Origin: a virus
Length of the DNA: 54,414 nt
Strand: one strand, 5' to 3'
UHGV virus genome: UHGV-0203854
Shown: positions 11,501-20,296 of the stretch, piece by piece
Position numbering within the stretch: the stretch's first letter is position 1
How the letters are laid out: every line of letters starts with the position of its first letter
Notes under the pieces: model-generated
Database searches by the model: none
What the model was told of the DNA's origin: nothing
What the model saw: only the letters and a program-made list of their open reading frames with translations
Translations under genes and position numbers: made by a program

Positions 11501-13583
11501 GGTAAATTATAATGCACACAACAAAAACTATTACGGGCGTGTAGTTTCTGTTGGAGAAGATGAGAAAGGAAAATATATCAATGTTACACAAGTTCTTGTA
11601 GACGGTTCTGTTGGTGAGCCTGAAAGCGGTGATGTTGTTGTGCAAATGGGCAACCTTATAGACACATCAAGGGGTAATATAATTATACTTACAACATCAG
11701 GTGAAAACAGCCCTGCAATATTACAATACAACGGTATCAACGATTACAATATAACACCGTTCTTGGCAACACAAATTTCACCAGACGGGAATGTTTTTCG
11801 TGCGAAATCGTTTGAATTTGTTACAGATAGCGAAACATCACGCATACCAAACAACCGTGGCAAGTATGACAACACGAAGAGTTACAACTATTATGACGAA
11901 GTAACTTACAACGGCTCATTGTGGTTGTGTGTCAACACGTCAGGAGCGAACACAAATTCTGTTCCAAGCAAAACTAATACCGATTGGCAAATTCTTGTTG
12001 AAAAAGGCAAAGACGGTGCAGATGGTGGCGCATATACATGTTACTTCGAGAACCCTTCTATTGTTATACCTGCAAATGACAACGGACAAATTGAAGATGG
12101 ATATATAACATCAAGCAGATATCACGTCTATTACGGAGGTACAGACGTATCAGACAATTTTAAGGCATCTGTTGCGGAAATTACAGGAGCTTCTGCAATG
12201 TTAAGCAATGGAGAATTGGTACTAAGCAACATTATAAACGATGGCTATTGTACTGTTGAGTTCAGAAGCACAACGAACAACCAAATACTTAAAGCGACTG
12301 TAAGCTTTGTAATTATTAAAGGTGGCGTTGATGGTGCAAGCCTGTTTACTTGGATTGCATACGCAGACAATGGAACAGGCAACGGATTTAGTCTAAATCC
12401 ACAAGGCAAAGCGTATATTGGCATTGCGTACAACAAGACAACAAGCACGCCAAGTAACGACCCAAAAGATTATTCATGGTCTAAAATTAAAGGTGAAAAA
12501 GGCAAAGACGGAACTAATGGAGTTGACGGAACAAACGGTGCTGACGGTAAGCCTGCATATTCTGCAAGTCTATCACGTTCAAGCGCATTTGTTGGCGTTA
12601 CATACAACAATGCCGATTATGAAAAAATCGCAATACAGCCGATATTATATCACGGTGAGGAGCAAATCCCTGCAAAGAACATTGCAATCTCGCATAACGC
12701 AGACATAAATCATTGTACCGTGTCTGTTAATAACGGAACACTGACTATTGCATCTATTGCAAACCTTAAAGAAGGTTATTCGTTTGACATCACTATAAGT
12801 TACAAAACATACAAGGCTACACTCCAATTTAGGTACGAAGTTGTAAATGTTGGCTTTGGCACGTCATTAGACGGAAAAGGCGTTAGCATGTATGCGAGCT
12901 ATGTTGACGAGAACAACGAGGTGCATAACGCAACGTTAGGCGTGCTTGCAGAAGACGCAACAGGAAAAACTATTGTTAAGCTCAGTGGCGAACAGATTAC
13001 GTTAGAGGGTTACACAACTATTAATGGTGACACTCACATTACAGAAGATGGAACGCTTATTGCGAATCATGCAAAAATAAAAGGAACAGTTGAAGAAGGT
13101 AGTAATGTAATCGAAAACAGTTTGCGTACACCATTCAAGCGTCTGTACCTTGATGTTGATGAAGGTATAATCAACGAAACAAGTAACACTATAATATCGT
13201 CTACATACGATAATTATTCTGGTATTTGGAACGTGCGTATGAATGTAACAAAAGATTTCTTCTTGTCGTTCCCGTCTGAATATGTAGCAGAAGAATTAAT
13301 GTTGCCTACAGACGCTTCGCAAATTGGTAGACACGTATTATTGTGCAACAACAAGCCTAAGACTACTGATAGTCAAGTAACGGTTGTTTATGCTCCTTAT
13401 GAAGTAATTGAAGGGAAAACTCCAAGCAACACTTCTTTTGTTGGTGGTGTTGTGTCGTTTCAGTTCCGTTATGGCGTTGTTGAATTATTGGCAATACCTA
13501 ACGCGGAAAGTGAAAAGCACTGCCAATGGCTTATACGTAATGCACAAGCAAAGATTGATTACAATATAGATAACCCTGATTAA
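8592..13583 (+). CDS. Tail tip/hub protein with fibre extension
   Basis: YATRIYAFGSTRNIP and VFDDVYPKR hub motifs; collagen-like GxxG stretch; WIAYAD...YIG...YSWSKIKG repeat. Confidence 0.85.
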   Translation: MSNYITIYTAQGKPKIDVTLSASSVCCRQIGTTDYIKLVFSLSTPLLFVLGDYAEWNGKRYICNTHTKPTYNTETASYKYELQLDAWYLSWSKRIFRFAPQVGSHEASWSYTATLDKHLDIILKNLTANSFYYNGLAGTGDTDISYYIHTNDIKDVAEAKVLTYSNTNIIEALNMMCNSDMWDCEWWINNNVIHVGKLYKKTALVNMSIGNNLKTITSSASATDYATRIYAFGSTRNIPSYYRKTLTFVAGGEVDITDDSKPLDYDYLQDNAFTGGQRYKETTLELADKTVIGEVGKTASIDDITLVENVTSGQYFDFVPNENWLSWSVIGKSGLSSVQMSISLVATFSDNTEQEINISSALHSDIVYSKELSSAVFDTVFVSEYSLYVPSGKYLKKMRLKAALTPKNKENTTVDYQLAFKVRGNVLMRVLKPTAQEVQITLSDGTSGTATFVPTTKRLTLNNGLKTKKGSTYTVNNLYKSEVPSVWWKSEYDSLLVTSVVEEHLMLPAETGGYIDAEQDLKEHPENIVEAVVVFDDVYPKRESVITNIKTRTLYDKIEQKDGSYIREAHYAYRVYSVEQDFKRQYIIKGETLRIRFISGSLSGMEFDATFISSDEDGKQCFEVVRNDTYGRTLPDEILKPNVGDEYVLLNFDIEYVGNSYVPEAEKELQKYAEEYVQNSKIDPNTYECTMLSRAAYNLYKKSNRKVEYDLGQRVILANSAFFNDGSRESRVLGYEYKMDIPYDAPKYIIGEKPTYSRLSDLSKQIDNVTYKGQTFTGISGNGCNCPKLYVIGANDNTEWTDSNVLSARRVWNDFISKLRDEVTPYGLSIGKDLSVNGQATIAGKLTVLATTYLQAIKALSLVDYSYKSGDAYSGGKGFALYNNNGKSTLEVDNLTVRLKAVFSELEIRKLSSVGGNIVLSAASSTIEHVTGENGMYCCYLNADDGTMSTTNAWVVGDIVRCQTFNVEEGVNYNAHNKNYYGRVVSVGEDEKGKYINVTQVLVDGSVGEPESGDVVVQMGNLIDTSRGNIIILTTSGENSPAILQYNGINDYNITPFLATQISPDGNVFRAKSFEFVTDSETSRIPNNRGKYDNTKSYNYYDEVTYNGSLWLCVNTSGANTNSVPSKTNTDWQILVEKGKDGADGGAYTCYFENPSIVIPANDNGQIEDGYITSSRYHVYYGGTDVSDNFKASVAEITGASAMLSNGELVLSNIINDGYCTVEFRSTTNNQILKATVSFVIIKGGVDGASLFTWIAYADNGTGNGFSLNPQGKAYIGIAYNKTTSTPSNDPKDYSWSKIKGEKGKDGTNGVDGTNGADGKPAYSASLSRSSAFVGVTYNNADYEKIAIQPILYHGEEQIPAKNIAISHNADINHCTVSVNNGTLTIASIANLKEGYSFDITISYKTYKATLQFRYEVVNVGFGTSLDGKGVSMYASYVDENNEVHNATLGVLAEDATGKTIVKLSGEQITLEGYTTINGDTHITEDGTLIANHAKIKGTVEEGSNVIENSLRTPFKRLYLDVDEGIINETSNTIISSTYDNYSGIWNVRMNVTKDFFLSFPSEYVAEELMLPTDASQIGRHVLLCNNKPKTTDSQVTVVYAPYEVIEGKTPSNTSFVGGVVSFQFRYGVVELLAIPNAESEKHCQWLIRNAQAKIDYNIDNPD

Positions 13584-13594
13584 AACATACTGAT

Positions 13595-14107
13595 ATGGAA
13601 AAGGAAATACATACCATTTATGACATTATAAAAAAATATGATAAAATAGAATTAACAGACCGAGAAACCCAGCTTGGTTGTGACGAAATTAACATTATTG
13701 TAGACACGTTAAAAGACGCAATTAGTACGCTGAAAACGTGCGTTACAGAGGACAAGTTAAACGACATAACATCAAGATTAAACACTGTAGAGGGTAAGAC
13801 TTATGTAGATAGTATTAGTGGTAAAAAGGGTGTAATAACTCTTAATAGTGGTTCTACTGCTGATGGTGCAGTAAACTTTGCTATTGATGCAGATGGTAAG
13901 ATTACTGCTATTACAGTATTGACTGGTTATGCAAAGACTTCAGCTCTGAACTCTTACCTTACTAAAACTGATGCAGACACTACTTATACTACTAAGAAAG
14001 AATTGCAGAATGCACAGAAAACATTTGGGGAAACTTATCTAACTGCCACTGTTGCATCAGAGACAGAGTATGATGAGTGGGACGCTATTGTTGCTGCTGC
14101 TAACTAA
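13595..14107 (+). CDS. Putative tail fibre-associated protein
   Basis: Position; VDSISGKKGVITL and YLTKTDADTTYTTK fibre-like motifs. Confidence 0.5.
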   Translation: MEKEIHTIYDIIKKYDKIELTDRETQLGCDEINIIVDTLKDAISTLKTCVTEDKLNDITSRLNTVEGKTYVDSISGKKGVITLNSGSTADGAVNFAIDADGKITAITVLTGYAKTSALNSYLTKTDADTTYTTKKELQNAQKTFGETYLTATVASETEYDEWDAIVAAAN

Positions 14108-14118
14108 AACTAATAACC

Positions 14119-14160
14119 GAGGGTGTGGGGGGAGATTGTTTCCCCACCCTCTATAATTTT
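14119..14160 (+). terminator. Rho-independent terminator-like hairpin
   Basis: GAGGGTG...CACCCTC stem followed by a T-rich tail. Confidence 0.55.
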
Positions 14161-14168
14161 TAAATAAT

Positions 14169-14438
14169 ATGGAGAAGTACATTAAATTACTTGCACAATA
14201 CATTAACAGAGGTTATGAGCTGTTGTGTGGAGCGCCTAAAGACAAGCTGCTGCATGTTGTCGTATCTGCTACTGTGACTGCATTGTTGTCACACATTATG
14301 CCTTTTGTAGGATTGTTGCTTGTGATGACTCTTATTTTTATTGGTAAAGAGACTTATGACAAGTTGTCTGGCAAAGGCAGTGCAGAGTGGAAAGACATTG
14401 TTGCAGATTATGTAGGATTTATAATTGGTATAATTTGA
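14169..14438 (+). CDS. Small membrane protein
   Basis: DKLLH...KE..D...D..AD..G pattern with 2-3 hydrophobic segments. Confidence 0.6.
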   Translation: MEKYIKLLAQYINRGYELLCGAPKDKLLHVVVSATVTALLSHIMPFVGLLLVMTLIFIGKETYDKLSGKGSAEWKDIVADYVGFIIGII

Positions 14439-14439
14439 T

Positions 14440-15189
14440 ATGGCAAAGATATATACTGCCAAGAAAAATGGCGAGACTGTATATCCTCGCACAATATCTG
14501 ATGCTGTTGCAGTGACAGGCAGTACACTGACTGATGCACTTGATAATATAAAGGAAATAGCTAATCTTGCTTATGGCGAAGCAGCTGCAAAACAACCTAT
14601 GCTGGAGAGCGGCGAAAACATCAAGACCGTGGGCGGCGAGAGCGTATTGGGCAAGGGTAATATGGCTGTAGCTAAAGGCTTAATGAGTGCTGTAGGTAAG
14701 TTTAAATATTTGCCAAATAGTGAGGGATATATAGATGTAACTTATGCTCCATTAGGGGGTGTAATAGTTGATGGTAACTTTCTAGAGCCTAATGAAAGTG
14801 GTGCTGTAACAATTCCGAAAAGTACGGGTGAAGTATCTTCTATTACTATTAATGATAATGCCTTTACCCCCAATGATAGTGGTAATGTTGATTTAGGAGG
14901 TTTTGTAGCACAGATAATGACAGAAGGAGGAGAAGCCTTTGTACCACAAGGAGGAACTATTATGCTACCTATATATGCTAAAAGTGTAACTCTGAATGGT
15001 GCTGTAGCATCACCAGACCAGTACGGCTCATTAGTAATTAATGCTGTAACTGATGTTAAGGTAAATGGTGCTTCTGTAGTGAATAGTGGTGTAGCCGACT
15101 TGTCTGTACCTAAAGAGTGGGTTGGCACTCAAGCAGAGTTTGACAAATTGACTACTTTTGACGAAAAAACGACATATTATATAGTATGA
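14440..15189 (+). CDS. Tail fibre-like protein
   Basis: ENIKTVGGESVLG motif, beta-hairpin repeats (V.VNG...P..SG.V.L) and C-terminal WVGTQAEFDKL...TTYYI. Confidence 0.65.
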   Translation: MAKIYTAKKNGETVYPRTISDAVAVTGSTLTDALDNIKEIANLAYGEAAAKQPMLESGENIKTVGGESVLGKGNMAVAKGLMSAVGKFKYLPNSEGYIDVTYAPLGGVIVDGNFLEPNESGAVTIPKSTGEVSSITINDNAFTPNDSGNVDLGGFVAQIMTEGGEAFVPQGGTIMLPIYAKSVTLNGAVASPDQYGSLVINAVTDVKVNGASVVNSGVADLSVPKEWVGTQAEFDKLTTFDEKTTYYIV

Positions 15190-16187
15190 TTAAGAAGGTT
15201 GTTAATGGTGAGGCTAAGGCGGTGAGTCGCATCTATAAAGGTGTGAAAAGTGAGTGTCGGCTGGAATTAGATGGGAGCGAAAATTGGATTTTGTACACTT
15301 CTGGTACGGGTTGGGCTGGAGTTTGTTTGGCAGATTTTCTATCAAGTGGACTAACTCGTGCTGCTCATTATAGTAACTATTTTGGATTTACACAGAAAGG
15401 CTTATCCAGTAGGTTTATTTGGGTCGGAGTTAATAACAAATATTTCTTTATTGTTTGGGCAAAAGGTAAACCACCCGTTGGCTACGAGCACTGGGAGAAG
15501 AATGGTGATGCGGATATTGATGCTATTAAGGCTGATTTGGCCAAAGAGCATTTGATAATTTGGTATGATAATACTAATTCATCGGTTGCGAGTATGTCGG
15601 CTCTGATACCTCTTATTGCAGGGGACACGGAAAAAGTCAAAAAGGTGGTCGATGTGACTGACCAGATGACGAACAGCGTGAAAAATTATTATTGGAATGC
15701 AGAGAATAAGGAGTGGACGGGAGCACATATGGAGCAAAAGGAGTATTGTCACGTTGGTAACGCAAAGCCTATCATCGAGAAATATGGTTTGCAGCGGTAT
15801 GTGATAGAATTTGACGGTCGGTCTGATGTTGCTGGGAGAATAGACCTCTACTCACTGTCTGGTGGAAATTATGGATATAGCATTGGCAATTACAATTATC
15901 AGTTTACAACAGATTGGCAGCATTATGAGATTGGATTCATTCCGACAATTCTAAATAACAGTACAGAGGGTAATTGTACTATCTCTTTTTATGGTAATTA
16001 TGGTTCCGGACGAGTTCCCCATATCAAAAACTTCAAAATTAGGACTTCCGTGGACGTGTTTACGCATGTGACGAGCGAGGTTGCCGATGGTGTTATGAAG
16101 ATGAGTCCTGCCGAGGTGGCCGATGGTGTGCTGACGATAAAGGGAGATAATGTAAAAGTGGAAAATAATAAATTGATAATACAATAA
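15186..16187 (+). CDS. Putative receptor-binding/carbohydrate-binding protein
   Basis: Translationally coupled to the fibre gene; CBM-like FTTDWQHYEIGF...IKNFKI region. Confidence 0.5.
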   Translation: MIKKVVNGEAKAVSRIYKGVKSECRLELDGSENWILYTSGTGWAGVCLADFLSSGLTRAAHYSNYFGFTQKGLSSRFIWVGVNNKYFFIVWAKGKPPVGYEHWEKNGDADIDAIKADLAKEHLIIWYDNTNSSVASMSALIPLIAGDTEKVKKVVDVTDQMTNSVKNYYWNAENKEWTGAHMEQKEYCHVGNAKPIIEKYGLQRYVIEFDGRSDVAGRIDLYSLSGGNYGYSIGNYNYQFTTDWQHYEIGFIPTILNNSTEGNCTISFYGNYGSGRVPHIKNFKIRTSVDVFTHVTSEVADGVMKMSPAEVADGVLTIKGDNVKVENNKLIIQ

Positions 16188-16191
16188 ATAT

Positions 16192-16530
16192 ATGGCGAAT
16201 ATAAATAAGATTAGTGTCAACGGGGAGGTGTATGACATCAATCCCGCTTGGGTGAGTGTGACGGACGAGGGTCTTGTGCTTAACGCTGACAAAGTGAGGG
16301 GGATGGCAGTGCGTGGCAAGGTGACTGACCCCGTGGATAATATCGAGTGCCCAGGGCTGGAGGTTAGCGACGGGGCGAACAAGATAACATTAGCTTATAA
16401 TAAGTACGCGCACAAGCTCAACATTTTTGACGGTGAGGGCTGGAGGGTGTCGATACCTCTTACCAAGGGCGGTGTGACAGATACGAGTGGTACGAGTGGT
16501 ACTACTTCGGGGACAACTCCTGCACCATGA
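16192..16530 (+). CDS. Small fibre-associated protein with Thr/Ser/Gly-rich C-terminal tail
   Basis: INKISVNGEVYDI start; ends TDTSGTSGTTSGTTPAP. Confidence 0.6.
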   Translation: MANINKISVNGEVYDINPAWVSVTDEGLVLNADKVRGMAVRGKVTDPVDNIECPGLEVSDGANKITLAYNKYAHKLNIFDGEGWRVSIPLTKGGVTDTSGTSGTTSGTTPAP

Positions 16531-17468
16531 TGGGTCGTGATATTTTGACCGCTTGCATTTGTTTTCGGAATGAGGGCGAAGAGGTAGCGGAGACGGTGAG
16601 GTCTGTGCTGGAGACTGCACGGCACACGAGGGTGCTGCTTGTGGACGATTGCAGCGACGATGGTTATGACTACAGGGCAGTCGCTGATGAGTGGGGCTGT
16701 GACTACAAGCGCATGGATAAGCGTGTGGGCAGTGTGGGTGCCAAGGATTGGGCAGGGCGGAATGCTGGCACGGAGTGTTTTGTGCTGCTTGACGGCCATA
16801 TGAGGTTTTACGATATGGATTGGGATTTGCGATTGGTAAGATTGTTGGACAAGAATCCGCAAAGTATTGTATCGTCAAGGACGGTGTACAGGAGCATCAA
16901 GGACGGCAAGGTGGTGGACGATGGCGTGCCAAGGAGTTTTTGCGCTTTTGTGCGTTTTGACGACGGTTTTGATTTTGACCCGAAATGGACGGACGGGCTG
17001 CTGAATTATAATGCGGAGGACAGGACTTCGGACGTGGCTTGTGTGCTTGGTGCTTGTTACGCGACGAGCAAGAGTTGGTGGTCTTTTATTGGCGGTCTTA
17101 GTGGGCTGACGACTTACGGACTGGAGGAGAGTCTGATGAGTATCAAGACGTGGCTGTTGGGCGGTTGTTGTAAGGTTACGCATGATTGGGGCGTGGGCCA
17201 TCTGTATAGGGACAATAACCCGAATTATATAGATACGTCTGTGATTGATGCGAACCGCTTATTTCTTGCTTACCTCTTTGACGCTAATCCGACTTTGACG
17301 AGTTGCAATCTTTACAAGAGGTTGGGTATATTTATTTATGGCAATGCGATGAATACTTTTGCCAACAAGTTCGGAGAGTTGCAAGAGATAAAAAGAGAGT
17401 TTGAAAATAAGAAGATTAGAGATATTGATTGGTATAAAACGATAATTAATAAGCATGTGATGCAATGA
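16527..17468 (+). CDS. GT-A fold glycosyltransferase (GT2/GT27, ppGalNAc-T-like)
   Basis: CFRNEG, LLVDDCSDD, LLDGH (DxH), YGLEE..MSIKTWLLGG and VGHLYR motifs. Confidence 0.88.
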   Translation: MMGRDILTACICFRNEGEEVAETVRSVLETARHTRVLLVDDCSDDGYDYRAVADEWGCDYKRMDKRVGSVGAKDWAGRNAGTECFVLLDGHMRFYDMDWDLRLVRLLDKNPQSIVSSRTVYRSIKDGKVVDDGVPRSFCAFVRFDDGFDFDPKWTDGLLNYNAEDRTSDVACVLGACYATSKSWWSFIGGLSGLTTYGLEESLMSIKTWLLGGCCKVTHDWGVGHLYRDNNPNYIDTSVIDANRLFLAYLFDANPTLTSCNLYKRLGIFIYGNAMNTFANKFGELQEIKREFENKKIRDIDWYKTIINKHVMQ

Positions 17469-17947
17469 GGTATTTTTGGTTTTTGTTACTTTTTTTAGCT
17501 GTTTTCGTTGTGGGTGTTGGTGTGGGGTATGTTGGCTTCAGGAGAGGCAATGAGGTTGTTGCAGCAGATACTGTCTATAGGAGGGACACCGTGAGGTGGC
17601 CGATTGTGAGGGACAGCGTTGTGACTCGTTATGTTACTCGGAGGTTGGCTGTGATGAGAGTGGACACGGTGAGACAGAGCGACACGGTGAGGGCTGTCGA
17701 TACTATTGAGGTGAGTTTGCCGATTGTGCAAAAAGTGTATAAAGATACAAATTACACAGCTTGGGTAAGTGGTTATGAGCCGAAGTTGGATAGTATTACA
17801 ATTGCTAACAAGATTGTCACAAGGACTAATACAGTATCAAAAAATAAAAACAAAAGATTTAGTTTAGGAGTACAGACTGGATTTAATGTAATTAATAAAA
17901 AACCTTATTTTGGTGTTGGAATAACATACAATATAATCAATTTTTAA
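17465..17947 (+). CDS. Spanin-like membrane-anchored protein
   Basis: N-terminal TM helix, DTV repeats, YTAWVSGYEPKLDSI and C-terminal PYFGVGITYN beta-strand. Confidence 0.6.
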   Translation: MRYFWFLLLFLAVFVVGVGVGYVGFRRGNEVVAADTVYRRDTVRWPIVRDSVVTRYVTRRLAVMRVDTVRQSDTVRAVDTIEVSLPIVQKVYKDTNYTAWVSGYEPKLDSITIANKIVTRTNTVSKNKNKRFSLGVQTGFNVINKKPYFGVGITYNIINF

Positions 17948-17955
17948 AACAAAAA

Positions 17956-18276
17956 ATGAACAAGAAAGAGGAAGAATTAAATCGAATTATTGATATAGTT
18001 ATTAGCTGTTGCAACATGGAAAATCATAATGTTATCACTAAAGACTTGTTGCTAAGCGGGTGTAAGCGTGAAAACATTGTTATGACACGCTGCATACTGG
18101 TCTATGAAGTTGTAAGGGCAGGATACACAATTACCACTTGTGCAGAACTCTTGGGCTGTACCACACAGACTGCACGTATGCTCATGAGTCGAGATGGTGA
18201 ATACCATCGCACCTCAAGGGCTTATAGGCTTGCAAAAGCAGAAGCAACTGAATTATGTAGCGCAATGATTGAATAG
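17956..18276 (+). CDS. DnaA C-terminal/TrpR-like HTH protein (putative regulator)
   Basis: LLSGCKRENIVMTRCILVY...GYTITTCAELLG resembles the DnaA domain IV pattern. Confidence 0.5.
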   Translation: MNKKEEELNRIIDIVISCCNMENHNVITKDLLLSGCKRENIVMTRCILVYEVVRAGYTITTCAELLGCTTQTARMLMSRDGEYHRTSRAYRLAKAEATELCSAMIE

Positions 18277-18337
18277 TATTAGTGTGGTAGGCAACAAACT
18301 TTTTAAACGATATGCAGATGTGTATGCACATTTGCTT

Positions 18338-18373
18338 CAAGACCCGACTGGCCTTGGTGCTTGTCGGGTCTTG
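18338..18373. terminator. Hairpin between convergent genes
   Basis: CAAGACCCGAC / GTCGGGTCTTG 11-bp inverted repeat. Confidence 0.7.
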
Positions 18374-18397
18374 CGTGTTAATTTGGGTATGGTTATA

Positions 18398-19387
18398 TTA
18401 TAATGCAGATAAAGAGAATGCTTCTTCGTAGGGTATTCGCTCCTTGCGTGAGACGTGTTTTTTCCATGCGTTTTCACAATGACTCAAATCTGAAATGTTT
18501 GAAGCCGTGATATGTTTGAACTTGTTGCACACCTGGTTAATAATAGTGCGTTCGTCTGGGCTGAACATGTCGTTGTTGGCGGTTGCGTTAGTTGTCAGAA
18601 TGTCGCCTTCGTGATTACCAATAGACCGTGGCTGTTGTTGTATGCTGTCAAATTCGGAAAAAGCTCTCTGGTAACGTTCTGCAACCGGTCCATAGTCGAT
18701 GGCTCTATAAGTTAAGCCAGATATGGCCATACCTCTTTCCCTATACGAAAGGAAGTCAACATAAAACAATAGTTTGTTCATCTTTGTCTGCCACACCTCT
18801 CCACATTGTGCAATAATAGTTACAAGAAGTGCTTCAAGGCGTTTAAGAGAAATCGGGGCATATCCGTTTTCTTTGCCACGCCTTGTGGCGAAAATCCGAT
18901 TGGTGTCGTAGAGTGCAAATTTATATTTAGGTTCATTGTCAATGATAGACTGCAATTTTTGTTTTATTTTATCATAGTCATTCAGCTTTAACAAGTGTTT
19001 TGTCCGCTCTACATTATCAAGCATAACTTTTGGGTTTGTTGCATTACTTATAAGCCGTGCGTTTGATATGCTTGGTACTTCTCCATGCTCATATAAACGA
19101 TATTGGTTTGTTCCCAAGCCTAAAAGTAAAGCCATTTTAGCTGCACTTATGCCGTAACGTTGACGTAAGGCAATTATCTCGTCAGTGTATGGCACGCCAT
19201 GCTTTTCGCAGAATTGGTTAGTAACTTGCCTATATCCTGCCGTGTCGCTTTCGGTTGTGGTAAAACGTTCTTTGGTTTCTTCATCTTCCCAACAAGTGCG
19301 GATATAGCTAAATGTCTCTCCACGAAAATTCCATGTGTCTTGTTCGTAGACTTGCTTTAAGTTGTTGCCTGTGATTGGATTTTTCAT
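18398..19387 (-). CDS. Antitoxin: MqsA-like N-terminus + XRE HTH + Panacea/SocA (DUF4065) domain
   Basis: HTH (LRQRYGISAAKMALLLGLG..QYRLYEHGEVP); TKMNKLLFYVDF, YGPV and SH.E.AW Panacea motifs. Confidence 0.88.
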   Translation of the reverse strand: MKNPITGNNLKQVYEQDTWNFRGETFSYIRTCWEDEETKERFTTTESDTAGYRQVTNQFCEKHGVPYTDEIIALRQRYGISAAKMALLLGLGTNQYRLYEHGEVPSISNARLISNATNPKVMLDNVERTKHLLKLNDYDKIKQKLQSIIDNEPKYKFALYDTNRIFATRRGKENGYAPISLKRLEALLVTIIAQCGEVWQTKMNKLLFYVDFLSYRERGMAISGLTYRAIDYGPVAERYQRAFSEFDSIQQQPRSIGNHEGDILTTNATANNDMFSPDERTIINQVCNKFKHITASNISDLSHCENAWKKHVSRKERIPYEEAFSLSAL

Positions 19388-19400
19388 TTTTGCCTCATCT

Positions 19401-19748
19401 CTATTTGAATGGGTATTGAAGTGGGTATTCTGCTATATGAAAAGAAATGCAAATGGTTTGGCAATTATAACGGCCCAGCATTATCTTAATATAAATCTCT
19501 CGTTGTTTATAATCTTTTCCAAAGACCCACATTTCGCCAACCTTGTTTAAGGTGTCTACAACAGGGCCGTCTACGTAATCTTCTACTTTCAGTGTCTTTA
19601 TGATAATTTCTCTGTAAGCAGGAACGAGGTCTAACTGCTGTAACGTTTCTTTGTTCTTTCCTCTATCGTCACGAAACAACAGGCCACAGATTTTTGTTTT
19701 TATCTTAAAGTCTTTTAGGAATTTTTCAACTTGTGTTTTCGTTGCCAT
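19401..19748 (-). CDS. MqsR/RelE-fold toxin
   Basis: DYVDGP...MWVFGK...EIYIKI...CISFH motif; upstream of the antitoxin. Confidence 0.85.
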   Translation of the reverse strand: MATKTQVEKFLKDFKIKTKICGLLFRDDRGKNKETLQQLDLVPAYREIIIKTLKVEDYVDGPVVDTLNKVGEMWVFGKDYKQREIYIKIMLGRYNCQTICISFHIAEYPLQYPFK

Positions 19749-19772
19749 GTTGTTTGCTCGTTGATTACGCTG

Positions 19773-19780
19773 CAAAGTTA
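19773..19780 (-). promoter_or_regulatory. Bacteroidota -7 promoter element for the TA operon
   Basis: TAACTTTG on the minus strand (consensus TAnnTTTG). Confidence 0.7.
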
Positions 19781-20296
19781 CGAAAAATTTTCCTAACCCT
19801 ACGCTTTTTCAACTTTAAAGTTGGAAAATATGCGTGTTTGTAACGCTTGACGGTTATGCTAAGAGCAAGGAATATCATTAAAGGGTTTTGCAAGACAATG
19901 TTGTAAAAACGGTGTAATCTTATTTGTTGTAAAAATTCGATAGGCGCATAACTAACTGTGTATCAAGACGTTTTTATTTGCAAAGTAAATTCACATTACT
20001 TTCTGCATCGGAATAGTTTCGCTCTTTTACCGCCCAACTCTTTAACGCATTTCGTTCGCCTGATGCTAATTTCGCTAACTTCTTATTTTAGAAATGTATC
20101 TCCACTCTTCTTTTGTTTTGCAATGCAAATTTAAAATATTTCCAAAGAAGATGTAAGTGACACAAAAAACAAACTTAATACAAACATATTCCAACGATAT
20201 GTGTTGCATAACTTTTTGTACGCACGGTATTAATTTATGACCTTTGCCTATGTACGTACAACCAATTAAATCGTTTAACCAATTAAATTTTTCGTT

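Noticed and set aside
19975..20133. Minus-strand promoter match (20126-20133) followed by a ~36-codon open stretch
   Set aside because: An in-frame stop precedes the stretch and there is no convincing start; at most a gene remnant.
18293..20201. AACAAACTT and AACGATATG on both sides of the TA insert as a target-site duplication
   Set aside because: The matches are short, AT-rich and differently spaced, and there is no transposase; chance cannot be excluded.
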